Below, in pieces: positions 44,319 to 53,307 of a stretch of DNA of 53,307 nt. Source of the stretch: a virus (lineage: Duplodnaviria > Caudoviricetes). The stretch is from IMG/VR virus record IMGVR_UViG_3300048855_000082, positions 1 to 53,307 of that record; one strand, written 5' to 3'. A program made the position numbers and the translations under genes. The number at the start of each line of letters is the position of its first letter. Positions within the stretch are counted from its first letter, which is position 1. The notes under the pieces are model-generated. The model worked only from the letters and a program-made list of their open reading frames with translations. It did no database searches and had not been told where the DNA came from.

Positions 44319-44421
44319 CGTTACCCTCCGTGACCGGCGGCAGGCCGGTCACCACGTATAGCCCAACACCAACCTCTTCGCCACCGAACTTTCGGAGGCT
44401 TGATTCTGCACGGAGAAACGC

Positions 44422-45165
44422 ATGAAGGTCGCAACTGACGTCATGGCGCTGCTTAGCGCATCCCGCACCGAAGGCAACAAGCTGTTCATCACTGGCGGAC
44501 AGCTTGAAAAGAGCCTGTATGCCCGTTTGGACAAAACACTTAAAGCTGCGGGCGGCAAATGGAATACGAAAGCCAAGGCCCATTTGTTCGGCGGGGATGC
44601 GGCAGAGGCGATCGAGAACATCATCACGACGGGTGAGGTCACCGTGCCGCAGGACTTTGGCTATTTCCCGACCCCGCCCGCAGTTGTGAAGAAGCTCGTG
44701 GACCTCGCTCAACTTGGGGTAGGCATGTTTGCTCTTGAGCCGTCGGCCGGACGTGGCGCCATAGCCGAGGCCTTGATACTCGAGGGCGTTGATGTAGATT
44801 GCGTAGAGCTTTTGCCGGAGAACGCCAAGCATCTGATCGATTCGAAGGTGTACCAGTCAGTGGTTGTCGGCGATTTCCTATCTGTAGAACCTGTTCAGAA
44901 ATATGACCGCGTGGTAATGAACCCGCCGTTCGACAAAAAGCGAAGTGACATCCACCACGTGTTGCACGCGCTCAGGTTTCTCAAACCGCGGGGGTTGCTC
45001 GTCGCAGTGATGCCGAACGGCGTAATGTTTCGTGAGGACGCATTATCCCGTGACTTCCGCGGCATCGTGTCGGGCCGAAGCGGAAGCATCGTGAACCTGC
45101 CCGACGCATCATTTAAGGCGTCGGGCACCTTGGTCAGCACCTGCATCGCGGTCATCCCTGCCTGA
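44422..45165 (+). CDS. Class I SAM methyltransferase (N6-adenine-type)
   Basis: FPTP, LEPSAGRG, VMNPPF, LP..SFK.SGT. Confidence 0.88.
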   Translation: MKVATDVMALLSASRTEGNKLFITGGQLEKSLYARLDKTLKAAGGKWNTKAKAHLFGGDAAEAIENIITTGEVTVPQDFGYFPTPPAVVKKLVDLAQLGVGMFALEPSAGRGAIAEALILEGVDVDCVELLPENAKHLIDSKVYQSVVVGDFLSVEPVQKYDRVVMNPPFDKKRSDIHHVLHALRFLKPRGLLVAVMPNGVMFREDALSRDFRGIVSGRSGSIVNLPDASFKASGTLVSTCIAVIPA

Positions 45166-45369
45166 TCAGTGGATCGCCGGCAGCGCATCAGCCGCTGCCT
45201 CAATCGCGCTTGACGCGGCCGCCACATGATCAGTGCAATAAGAACGGTCATTGAGCATCGACTGAAACGCAATCTCAGTCAGTTCATCAATATCGATGCC
45301 CAACTCCTGCGCCGACATCAGAACCGCTCTGAGCGCCATTCGCAAAACCTGTTCCCTGTCGTCGATCAT
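45166..45369 (-). CDS. Small hypothetical protein (paralog of 45701-45904)
   Basis: ALRAVL...HVAAASSAIEAAADAL; ATGA overlap with upstream ORF. Confidence 0.7.
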   Translation of the reverse strand: MIDDREQVLRMALRAVLMSAQELGIDIDELTEIAFQSMLNDRSYCTDHVAAASSAIEAAADALPAIH

Positions 45370-45626
45370 GAAGTGCTCCGGTTGGCTGCGCACGATGGCG
45401 CGAGTTCGGGGCGGAGCAGCGAGCGGCTTACAGATACTTCACGCAGCGCTGACCGCCAAGCACGCGTGGCTTCCTGCTGCCGGATATCTGCTGCATGCCA
45501 CTCGTTGCCGCTCGTGCACCCCCTTTCCACAAGCTCGCGAACATTGTGGAGTGCTAACCGAAGCTCTGCTGCCGCCGCCCTCACGCTAGGGCTACGCATA
45601 CTGTACAAATCAGTAATTGATGCCAT
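45366..45626 (-). CDS. Small hypothetical protein
   Basis: GGAGG RBS; coupled to downstream ORF. Confidence 0.6.
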   Translation of the reverse strand: MASITDLYSMRSPSVRAAAAELRLALHNVRELVERGCTSGNEWHAADIRQQEATRAWRSALREVSVSRSLLRPELAPSCAANRSTS

Positions 45627-45700
45627 GAAAAATCCTCCCTGTGACACATCCGTGGACTGTTGGTCCGATGCCGGGTTTTTGCATTTCGCTTGCGCGACGA

Positions 45701-45904
45701 CTAACGGTCGATATGCAAAGCATCCACCGCCGCCTCGATCTCTGAGACGGCCATCGGTACATGCTTTGCGTCGTACGTTTTATATCGAAGCAGCTCATCA
45801 GCGGCGACTTCCAACAGTACATCCAGATTCAGACCCTGTTTATGCGCTGTGCTGAGTACGGCCTTAAGCGCCAGGCCCAACGCAAACCTCCTGTCTTCGC
45901 TCAT
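45701..45904 (-). CDS. Small hypothetical protein (paralog of 45166-45369)
   Basis: ALKAVL...HVPMAVSEIEAAVDAL. Confidence 0.7.
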   Translation of the reverse strand: MSEDRRFALGLALKAVLSTAHKQGLNLDVLLEVAADELLRYKTYDAKHVPMAVSEIEAAVDALHIDR

Positions 45905-45968
45905 GACCGTATCCCTTCATGTGGAGCGGTAAGCGTAGGCCATATATCCCATCGCATGGAATCGAACC

Positions 45969-47087
45969 ATGAGCCAGCAGCATCAGATTCTTGTTGGCGA
46001 CTGCATCGATATGATGCGGACGCTGCCGGAGCAGTCAGTTCACACATGCGTGACCAGCCCGCCGTACTTCGGGCTGAGGGATTACGGCGTCGAGGGCCAG
46101 ATCGGCCTGGAAGAAACGCCCGCCGAGTTCATCGCTCGCCTTGTTGCCGTGTTCCGCGAAGTGCGTCGAGTACTCCGCGACGACGGCACGATCTGGGTGA
46201 ACATGGGTGATAGCTATGCCGGTAGTTGGGGAGCGCAAGGCAGGCCTCAAGGTGACGGGCAGATGTCCGGGCGCAGCGTGGCGTCAGCGCGACAGATCAA
46301 CGAACACCCGCGATTCAAGTCGGGGACCGGCGTGCGCGGCCGCGAGATGGGAATGAAGTCAAAGGACCTGATGGGTATGCCCTGGCGCCTTGCCTTTGCG
46401 CTGCAGGACGATGGCTGGTATCTGCGACAGGACATCATCTGGAACAAGCCGAACCCGATGCCTGAAAGCGTGCGAGATCGGTGTACCAAGTCGCACGAAT
46501 ACATCTTCCTGCTGAGCAAATCGAAGAAGTACTACTTCGACCAGGCCGCCATCCTCGAACCATGCTCCCCGAACACCCACGCGCGGCTCTCGCAGGACGT
46601 GCAAGCCCAAATCGGTAGCGAGCGGGCAAACGGCGGCGCGAAGAGCAATGGCAACATGAAAGCGACGGCACGCAAGAGCAACGGCGTGGGGTGGGGTCAC
46701 GGCACTGATGCAGACAAGCGCCAGCGCGGCAGGGTCAAGGATAACGAGTCAATGAAATCGGCCCTCGCGATCATGCCGACGGAGCGGAACAAGCGCTCTG
46801 TATGGACGGTGGCCACGCACAGTTTCAAAGGCGCCCACTTCGCCACCTTCCCGCCCGACTTGATCCGGCCTTGCATCCTGGCCAGCGCGCCGCGGGGTGG
46901 TGTGGTGCTGGACCCGTTCGGCGGTGCCGGTACCACGTCGTTGGTTTCGATGCAGGAGGGCCGTCAGTCAATCATCTGCGAGCTAAACCCAGACTACGCG
47001 GCCATGGCGCGCGCTCGGATTGATACTGCCTGGCTGGATGGGGCGGCGCAAATGGATGTGTTCCATGACGCAAACCCGGCCGACTGA
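45969..47087 (+). CDS. DNA methyltransferase, N4C/N6A beta class
   Basis: VTSPPY, HFATFP, VLDPFGGAGT. Confidence 0.93.
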   Translation: MSQQHQILVGDCIDMMRTLPEQSVHTCVTSPPYFGLRDYGVEGQIGLEETPAEFIARLVAVFREVRRVLRDDGTIWVNMGDSYAGSWGAQGRPQGDGQMSGRSVASARQINEHPRFKSGTGVRGREMGMKSKDLMGMPWRLAFALQDDGWYLRQDIIWNKPNPMPESVRDRCTKSHEYIFLLSKSKKYYFDQAAILEPCSPNTHARLSQDVQAQIGSERANGGAKSNGNMKATARKSNGVGWGHGTDADKRQRGRVKDNESMKSALAIMPTERNKRSVWTVATHSFKGAHFATFPPDLIRPCILASAPRGGVVLDPFGGAGTTSLVSMQEGRQSIICELNPDYAAMARARIDTAWLDGAAQMDVFHDANPAD

Positions 47088-47126
47088 GGAACGCATTCGC
47101 GCGACCTGCAACCGGTCACCTTGCTC

Positions 47127-47756
47127 TCAGACATAGCGGCGGTCATCCCAGTGGCGCTTGTAACCCTCCCACATTGACTTTACCCAGAAAGCGTCTTGAG
47201 AAATGCAAATTAGGGTAACTGTCACTTCGTCATCGGGTAGATCAATTGACCTTATTGATTCAACCCTGTCGGAGAGACTGGCCAGTGCGGAGAGCAACTC
47301 AAGATGCAGCGGCAAAAGAAGACTGGTTTTCAAGTCATTGACGTGCACGGCCCTTAATGCGCCAACCTGCAATTTAAGAAGACTTAACACTCGCCCGCAA
47401 AAATTGAGTCTAAATAACATAACACTATGGAAGTTCTCTGCCGCTAGCTCAAACATACATGCGGTTTGATACGCCTGATAGGTAAGATCATAAGTGTACT
47501 GATGCCGATCACTATCATCCTCCATCTTTTTTTTGCGGTCATAATTTACCTGCTTTCGGAAGACGGATATGGCGGCCCAGATAGCTCCCACAGACCCTAC
47601 GGCCTGCACCCACGCAGCTGCCACCGAGCTGCCCAGTAATGATGAGTGCTTAATCATCATGAACAGTACAAACATGGAGCAGATGAAGAGAACGCAGCAC
47701 AACAGGGCTTTGGCGAAAAACTTCCACACAGCATAAGCCAATCGTTTGATATCCAT
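47127..47756 (-). CDS. Antisense moron, membrane protein
   Basis: Two N-terminal TMs, AAWVQAVGSVGAI; AT-rich. Confidence 0.7.
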   Translation of the reverse strand: MDIKRLAYAVWKFFAKALLCCVLFICSMFVLFMMIKHSSLLGSSVAAAWVQAVGSVGAIWAAISVFRKQVNYDRKKKMEDDSDRHQYTYDLTYQAYQTACMFELAAENFHSVMLFRLNFCGRVLSLLKLQVGALRAVHVNDLKTSLLLPLHLELLSALASLSDRVESIRSIDLPDDEVTVTLICISQDAFWVKSMWEGYKRHWDDRRYV

Positions 47757-47812
47757 CCCAGTCCCCGAGAATAACGTGGCTCGAAGCATAGCTTCGATTA
47801 GCAGGAGCACCT

Positions 47813-48736
47813 ATGTATTCAGCAATCGATTTGTTCGCCGGGCTCGGTGGATGGTCTACCGGTGCCCGCGCGGCGGGTGTCGAAGTCCTCTGGGCCGCAA
47901 ACCATTGGCCGGTCGCGGTCGAATGGCACAGCGCCAACCACCCGGATACGCTTCACGTATGCCAGGATCTACACCAGGCACGCTGGGACCAGGTTCCGGC
48001 GCACGACATCTTGCTGGCCTCGCCCTGCTGCCAGGGCCACTCGAAGGCCCGCGGCCAAGCCAACGGCAATCCCCAGCATGATGCTTCCCGCTCGACAGCA
48101 TGGGCGGTCGTGTCGGCTCTTGAGTTCCACCGTCCCAGCGTCGCTCTCGTTGAGAATGTGCCTGAGTTCGCAGACTGGGCGCTGTATCCGGCATGGACAG
48201 CAGCGGTGCAGGCGCTCGGCTACCAGGTCGCGCCACACATCGTTGATTGCGCAGACCTCGGCGTGCCTCAGCACCGCGTGCGGCTTTTCTTGGTGCTGAC
48301 GCGCAGTAAGGCGCCGCTGATGTTGGAGCTGCACCGGCGACAGCACGTGCCGGCAGCAAGCTTCCTCGACTTCACAGGTGGCAAATGGTCCCGCGTCGAG
48401 AAACCGGGCCGAGCGCAGGCGACGCTTCAAAGGGTCGCCAATGGCCGGGCTCGCTTCGGCGATCAGTTCATCATGCCCTACTACGGCAAAGGCTCCGGGC
48501 TCACCGGGCGCGACATGAACAGGCCGATCGGCACCATTACCACGCTGGACCGGTGGGCCCTGGTGCGCGGCGACGAGATGCGAATGCTCAGCGCTGACGA
48601 GGCCTTGGCCGCCATGTCTTTTCCCGCTGGCACGCTCCGCCCGAACAATCACCGCCAGACCATGCACATGGCCGGCAATGCAGTTCCACCGCTCGCTGGT
48701 CAACGCGTGATCGAAGCGCTGATGGCCGCTGCCTGA
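47813..48736 (+). CDS. DNA cytosine-C5 methyltransferase
   Basis: DLFAGLGG, SPCCQG, ENV, PQHRVR, GNAVPP. Confidence 0.93.
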   Translation: MYSAIDLFAGLGGWSTGARAAGVEVLWAANHWPVAVEWHSANHPDTLHVCQDLHQARWDQVPAHDILLASPCCQGHSKARGQANGNPQHDASRSTAWAVVSALEFHRPSVALVENVPEFADWALYPAWTAAVQALGYQVAPHIVDCADLGVPQHRVRLFLVLTRSKAPLMLELHRRQHVPAASFLDFTGGKWSRVEKPGRAQATLQRVANGRARFGDQFIMPYYGKGSGLTGRDMNRPIGTITTLDRWALVRGDEMRMLSADEALAAMSFPAGTLRPNNHRQTMHMAGNAVPPLAGQRVIEALMAAA

Positions 48737-48752
48737 CTTGCAGGACATCACC

Positions 48753-49069
48753 ATGCAACGCATCTACCTCAGCGGGCCCATGACGGGCCTGCCCGATTAC
48801 AACTACCCGGCATTCAATGCGGAAGCCGCCCGCCTCCGCGCCCTCGGCTACATCGTCGAGAATCCGCCGAGAACCCACTGCCCGCCGACGCGCCTTGGCA
48901 CATGTGCATGCGTGACGCGATTCGCCAGATGCTTACATGTGACACCGTGGCGTTTTTGCCTGGCTGGCAGGTCTCCCCCGGCGCCAACGTAGAAATCGAA
49001 CTGGCCGGCCATCTGAAAATGGCTGTCATTCAAGCAAGCGGCATCGTTTCGCCGCAGGAGGGATCGTGA
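48753..49069 (+). pseudogene. DUF4406-family gene split by a 1-nt deletion
   Basis: IYLSGPMTG...VENP then continues in another frame AENPLP...LPGWQVSPGANVE; break at ~48865. Confidence 0.75.
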
Positions 49070-49299
49070 TCAAACCAATTGTAAGAACCACCACAGGCGC
49101 GAAGGTCACCCTCACCGTCGAGTTGAGCAACCTCGGATCTTGGGGCCCCGACTGCCTATTGGACCAGGTTTACCGGCAGGCGCGGGAGGCAGCGGTAGGC
49201 CGTCTGAATCGTGCGTTTAAAGAGGACAGCCGCAACATCCGAATCCTTGGTCCGGTGATTGTTGAGGCCATCACCACTGACATTGAGAAACGAGCATGA
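49066..49299 (+). CDS. Small hypothetical protein
   Basis: GGAGG RBS, GTGA overlap. Confidence 0.6.
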   Translation: MIKPIVRTTTGAKVTLTVELSNLGSWGPDCLLDQVYRQAREAAVGRLNRAFKEDSRNIRILGPVIVEAITTDIEKRA

Positions 49300-49946
49300 G
49301 CCAGCTATGCAAGCGGTTGAGCGATTGTCCTGCGGAGCGTTTGGCGCAGTGCCGCGGCGGGGATGTCGGGCCGGCCGGTGATGGCGTCGATTTCGGCATT
49401 GATGACCGATCGGTCCGCGTGTCGCAGGAGGCCTATTCGATCTTTCTTGCCCGGGAGCAGATGGGCAAGGACCGAATCGCTGCCCTACAGCAGCGCCTGA
49501 CCATCGCCGATCAGCGAGTCGATGATCTGGAGAAGGACAAGCAGCGCTTGGACGCCCTCGAAACCAACTTCTGGGACGTCCGGCATCACAGCGTCCCACT
49601 CGCCGATACCGGTGATTACACGGGCGGCGTGGTGATCGTCGGGCGGTGGATGGATAAGCCGAATGAACGTGTCATCGGAGAGGACTACAACGAAAGCCTT
49701 CGAGCTGCTATCGACCAAGCAATGACTGCGGATGCCTACCCGCCAGCCAGGCCGGAATATCCTGAGCTTGACGCGGCGTTGAGCGAAGAAATCTGGCACA
49801 TGAATCCATGCAAGCAGGGCCGCGGCGACGTGGGCGCGTGCGGCGGCAAGGCCTTCTGTCACACCTGCGACGAAACGATCAGCGCCACCACCACGCAAGA
49901 AGCCTTCGAGCAGTGGAACGCGACACACCCGGCTGCTGCTCAGTAA
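49296..49946 (+). CDS. Hypothetical phage protein
   Basis: ATGA overlap; ALQQRLTIADQRVDDLE coiled coil; C-terminal Cys cluster. Confidence 0.65.
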   Translation: MSQLCKRLSDCPAERLAQCRGGDVGPAGDGVDFGIDDRSVRVSQEAYSIFLAREQMGKDRIAALQQRLTIADQRVDDLEKDKQRLDALETNFWDVRHHSVPLADTGDYTGGVVIVGRWMDKPNERVIGEDYNESLRAAIDQAMTADAYPPARPEYPELDAALSEEIWHMNPCKQGRGDVGACGGKAFCHTCDETISATTTQEAFEQWNATHPAAAQ

Positions 49947-50019
49947 CCCCGCCGCCCGTTCGGCCCCACCCTATCCCTATTGCCTGGTGCGCCAATGCAA
50001 AATAAGGGAACGCAACCTG

Positions 50020-50214
50020 TCACCTGCCGCCATAAAAGGCGCGTGGAAGTCCAATCCAAACGTCCGTAGCTCGACGAAGCCGAGAGAGATTGGCAAGCGA
50101 GCCCGGCCCCAAATAGCGACATCGGCGCCTGTCTTCCGTCACGTCTGCTTTGGCTGATTGGTAGTCGGCCCGGGCGGCGAGCATTGCTATTCGAAACGCT
50201 TTCACATTATGCAA
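50020..50214 (-). CDS. Small antisense hypothetical protein
   Basis: GGAGG upstream; flanked by imperfect direct repeats. Confidence 0.4.
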   Translation of the reverse strand: MHNVKAFRIAMLAARADYQSAKADVTEDRRRCRYLGPGSLANLSRLRRATDVWIGLPRAFYGGR

Positions 50215-50312
50215 AAAAACCTCCGGCGACCATGAAGGCTTTCGTGGTCGTCAGTCCACCCTACTCCTACCTACCGTTAATTGCCTGCTGCGTATGCGGC
50301 GAGGACGAAGTC

Positions 50313-50918
50313 ATGCCTGAAGAAAATGCAATTCAACTCAACAGCGCTGCACGTGATGTAATCGCGGAACGCCAGCGTCAGGCGAGCGCGGAAGGTTTTT
50401 CGCTCACCCGCGATGACTCCTACGTGAAGGGGGAAATGGCTGATGCTGCGGCCGCGTATGCCACCTGCGCAGGTAGCCCTCTGTCAATGACAACGCTCTG
50501 GCCGTGGGGTCAGGCGACGTTCAAGCCGAGCGCGGATGGGCGAAGAGACCTGGTGAAGGCGGCGGCGCTGCTCCTTGCAGAAATAGAGCGACTTGATCGC
50601 CAGCTCCTCATCAAGCATTGGCCGGTGCGCCGTGACGAGAACGGTTTTTTCCAGCACCCTGATCTGCCCGACTTCGATGAGGGCGACAGCGACAAGTGCA
50701 AGGCCTGGATCGCCGAGCAGGGCCTGCAGGTGAAAATGATGAGCCTTGAGTACCACAGCGACAAAGCGGTTTCTGAACGCTACTTTGAAGCCGGCGACCC
50801 GGACTGCAGCTACTGGGAACCCGACCGGCCAGACGGCGAAGATTGGTTCTGCCTGGCGATTCACGACACCGATGATGGTCCCGTGTGCTGGTGGGCACGG
50901 CGGGTGGTTACGCCATGA
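50313..50918 (+). CDS. Hypothetical phage protein
   Basis: GAGG RBS; ARDVIAERQRQ...LVKAAALLLAEIERLDR and WFCLAIHDTDDGP domains. Confidence 0.75.
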   Translation: MPEENAIQLNSAARDVIAERQRQASAEGFSLTRDDSYVKGEMADAAAAYATCAGSPLSMTTLWPWGQATFKPSADGRRDLVKAAALLLAEIERLDRQLLIKHWPVRRDENGFFQHPDLPDFDEGDSDKCKAWIAEQGLQVKMMSLEYHSDKAVSERYFEAGDPDCSYWEPDRPDGEDWFCLAIHDTDDGPVCWWARRVVTP

Positions 50919-51091
50919 ACCTGATCGACTGCCATGTCACTGAGATCCTCGGCGTCCCGTACCGGAAGTTCGGCTGCTGGTGGGTCGATGTCGAGTACGT
51001 CAGCGAAGGCCGCCCCGGCAAGTCCAATCTGATGTTCAAGACCGAGGCCGCCGCAAAGGCTGTTGCGATCGGTCACCTCGTCCAGTCCTAA
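50915..51091 (+). CDS. Small hypothetical protein
   Basis: ATGA overlap. Confidence 0.6.
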   Translation: MNLIDCHVTEILGVPYRKFGCWWVDVEYVSEGRPGKSNLMFKTEAAAKAVAIGHLVQS

Positions 51092-51144
51092 CCCTTCCCC
51101 ATCTATCCACATGCCTGCCGGTGAACGGCGGGCAAGGAATTCCT

Positions 51145-51651
51145 ATGTCTGCAACTCAACGATTTCACGAAGTCGCCAACGATGCGCTGGTCCAGATCAG
51201 CGCGCACCTGTGGCCGGGCGCCAAGCTTTGCCTAGTGGTCTACGCGGAAGGCAAGCCGGACCTCGACATCGTCCTGAAGGACAGCGGCATCAGTCTGGAT
51301 GAGGTCGTCAGTGCTCTCCGGCGGGCGGGCTTGAGCATCGATGGCGATAACTTCTACAAGCGCTATCTGTCCGACAGCGTCGCTGGCTCCATGGCGTTTG
51401 GATACCAGAACACGAATCCGCCGCCCGAGGGGCATTGGGCGAAGCGCTTCTGGGACATGGGGCGGGCGGAAGGTGAGATGCGTGAGGAGCTGACCGCGGC
51501 GCTCAAGCTGAACCGCGCAAACCTGCACGCTTGCCAGGCAACCATCCATTACGCCGGCGGCTTCGATCCGGCCTACGTGAACGATGCCCTGGCCGCGATG
51601 AAAGTCGCTGAAGAAATTCTGGCGAAGTACCCGCCACTCAACCCCGCATAG
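51145..51651 (+). CDS. Hypothetical phage protein
   Basis: AAGGA RBS before ATG 51145. Confidence 0.7.
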   Translation: MSATQRFHEVANDALVQISAHLWPGAKLCLVVYAEGKPDLDIVLKDSGISLDEVVSALRRAGLSIDGDNFYKRYLSDSVAGSMAFGYQNTNPPPEGHWAKRFWDMGRAEGEMREELTAALKLNRANLHACQATIHYAGGFDPAYVNDALAAMKVAEEILAKYPPLNPA

Positions 51652-51672
51652 ACCCCCGGACGGAGGTAGCCC

Positions 51673-52074
51673 ATGGCAAACGCCACTGCAGCCAAGGCCA
51701 CGAGCATCCTGCCGCGTTTCATTCGGTTCGGCGATGCACCTGGCTATCTCGGCATGTGCCGGGATGAATTCAACAAAACCGTACGCCCGAATGTGCGCGA
51801 GTTTCCCATCGGAAAACAGGGTGTCGCGTTCGACCGGCATGAGCTCGATGAGTGGGCTGACGCCTACATCGCCGCAAAGGCGATTGAAAAAGCTGCCAAT
51901 CAAGACAACAATCGGCCTCGCAGCGAGCGCCAAGGAGCTACACGATGGCGCGAAAAACAATTTCCGGCCTCTACCAGAAAGGTGGAATCTGGCAGATCGA
52001 CAAAGTCTTCCGGGGCCAGCGATTTCGAGAAAGCACTGGCACTGGTGACCGGCAAGAAGCCGAGCAGTATCTGA
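51673..52074 (+). CDS. Excisionase-like protein
   Basis: GGAGG RBS; PRFIRF..AP.YLGM...FDRHELDEWAD; overlaps integrase start. Confidence 0.75.
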   Translation: MANATAAKATSILPRFIRFGDAPGYLGMCRDEFNKTVRPNVREFPIGKQGVAFDRHELDEWADAYIAAKAIEKAANQDNNRPRSERQGATRWREKQFPASTRKVESGRSTKSSGASDFEKALALVTGKKPSSI

Positions 52075-53123
52075 TTCACCGGTTAGAACAACTGCGGCAA
52101 GAGAAGATTTATGGTGTACGGCGGGTACGTACTTGGGAGGAAGCAGCGACCAGGTTTCTCCTCGAGTACAAGGATCAGCCCTCCATCGCGCTATCGGCCC
52201 ACCATCTGAATCACCTCCATCCGTATCTCAAGAATCTACCGTTGACACACATCGACGATCGGGCACTTGAGGAGTTTATTGCGGAAAGGCTGGAGGGTAT
52301 GGTGCTGCCGTGCGGTAAGCAGCTGAAGCCGGTAGCGCCTCGGACAGTAAACATCTCGATCGAACGCGTCATTCGGATTCTGTCGCTGTGCGCAAGGAAG
52401 TGGCGGGATGAAGAGCGCAGACCCTGGCTCGACTCAGTGCCGATGCTGACCAAGCTGGATCTGAAGAAGAAGGTTCGACAGCCCTACCCGATGTCATGGG
52501 AAGAGCAATCGATCCTTTTCGGAGAGTTGCCAGCACACCTCCAGAAGATGGCCTTGTTCAAGGTGAACACAGGCTGTCGCGAGCAGGAGGTCTGCAAGTT
52601 GAAGTGGGAGTGGGAAATCTATGTGCCCGAGCTGGAGACGAGCGTATTCCTGATCCCGTCAGACTTCGGCGGTCGCAACGAGCGATCTGGCGTAAAGAAC
52701 GGCGACGAGAGACTGGTTGTGCTTAACACGATCGCGAAATCGGTCATCGACGGCCAGCGGGGTCTGAGCAACGAATGGGTGTTCCCTTATAAGGATCAGC
52801 CAATCCAGCGCATGAACGATTCGGCCTGGAGGAAAGCAAGGGCGCGCGCGGCGAAACTCTGGCAGGAGGAAAACCTTCGCCCCGCTCACCCAGGATACGC
52901 TTCCATCAGAGTGCACGACTTGAAGCATACATTCGGCCGGCGCCTTCGCGCTGCCGGTGTCACTGAGGAGGACCGGAAGGCTTTACTTGGACACAAGAAC
53001 GGCAGCATCACCAGCCACTACTCCGGCGCGGAGCTCGGAAAGCTGATTGAGACTGCGAATATGGTATCAGCAACCGACTCGCGTGGACCGGTTCTGACAA
53101 TCTTAAAAAGGAAGACAGGATGA
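51945..53123 (+). CDS. int: Phage integrase (tyrosine recombinase)
   Basis: TGCREQE, HDLKH, LLGH, TSHYS; adjacent to att/tRNA. Confidence 0.95.
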   Translation: MARKTISGLYQKGGIWQIDKVFRGQRFRESTGTGDRQEAEQYLIHRLEQLRQEKIYGVRRVRTWEEAATRFLLEYKDQPSIALSAHHLNHLHPYLKNLPLTHIDDRALEEFIAERLEGMVLPCGKQLKPVAPRTVNISIERVIRILSLCARKWRDEERRPWLDSVPMLTKLDLKKKVRQPYPMSWEEQSILFGELPAHLQKMALFKVNTGCREQEVCKLKWEWEIYVPELETSVFLIPSDFGGRNERSGVKNGDERLVVLNTIAKSVIDGQRGLSNEWVFPYKDQPIQRMNDSAWRKARARAAKLWQEENLRPAHPGYASIRVHDLKHTFGRRLRAAGVTEEDRKALLGHKNGSITSHYSGAELGKLIETANMVSATDSRGPVLTILKRKTG

Positions 53124-53177
53124 AGCCCCGAAATTCTCCCGAAGCATGAAAAAGCCCAACCTGAGAAGATTGGGCTT

Positions 53178-53240
53178 AGTCATTGAAATATATGGTCGGG
53201 ACGGAGTGATTCGAACACTCGACCCCTAGCACCCCATGCT
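53178..53240. repeat. Right attachment site
   Basis: Identical to 65-127. Confidence 0.95.
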
Positions 53241-53269
53241 AGTGCGCTACCGGACTGCGCTACGCCCCG
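53193..53269 (-). tRNA. tRNA-Pro(GGG)
   Basis: rc CGGGGCGTAGCGCAGTCCGGTAGCGCACTAGCATGGGGTGCTAGGGGTCGAGTGTTCGAATCACTCCGTCCCGACCA; 77 nt, GGG anticodon, CCA end. Confidence 0.97.
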
Positions 53270-53307
53270 ACTAGGCGTGTATGTGTTGCGGGTTCTTGCG
53301 AAAGCGT

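Larger units (their letters stand above)
65..53240. mobile_element. Complete temperate prophage (lambdoid control, HK97-type head, Mu-like contractile tail) integrated in tRNA-Pro
   Basis: 63-bp direct repeats at both ends matching the tRNA-Pro 3' half; integrase adjacent to right repeat; full set of immunity, replication, packaging, head, tail and lysis genes. Confidence 0.97.

Overview
The window is essentially one complete, ~53.2 kb temperate prophage, probably from Pseudomonas (inferred from gene content and regulatory motifs). It is integrated at the 3' end of a minus-strand tRNA-Pro(GGG) and bounded by a perfect 63-bp direct repeat (65-127 / 53178-53240). Architecture is lambdoid and SfV/P27/ST64B-like. 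From right to left: integrase/xis; an early-left operon with three DNA methyltransferases, antisense morons and a long structured leader; immunity region (cI/cro, six 14-bp operators, boxA); replication (Rha/ANT, O-like initiator with iterons, P); VRR-NUC, a second tyrosine recombinase and a Q-like gene; holin and spanins; HNH/cos/terminase; HK97-type head; Mu-like contractile tail; endolysin; and an accessory left arm. The left arm carries an SGNH esterase, an acyltransferase-3, an SOS module, a degenerate tRNA-Leu att relic, an orphan histidine kinase, and the most interesting item: a two-gene operon (4539-5838). In it, a 350-aa protein's N-terminus and a 78-aa two-TM protein's C-terminus share the motif Q-x-Q-x-V-x3/4-N-x-x-Q-G-G-x-D-V-x-[VI]-N, the layout of an amyloid-signalling receptor/membrane-effector (abortive infection) pair. 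Family calls come from motif recognition and synteny only; no database searches were run.
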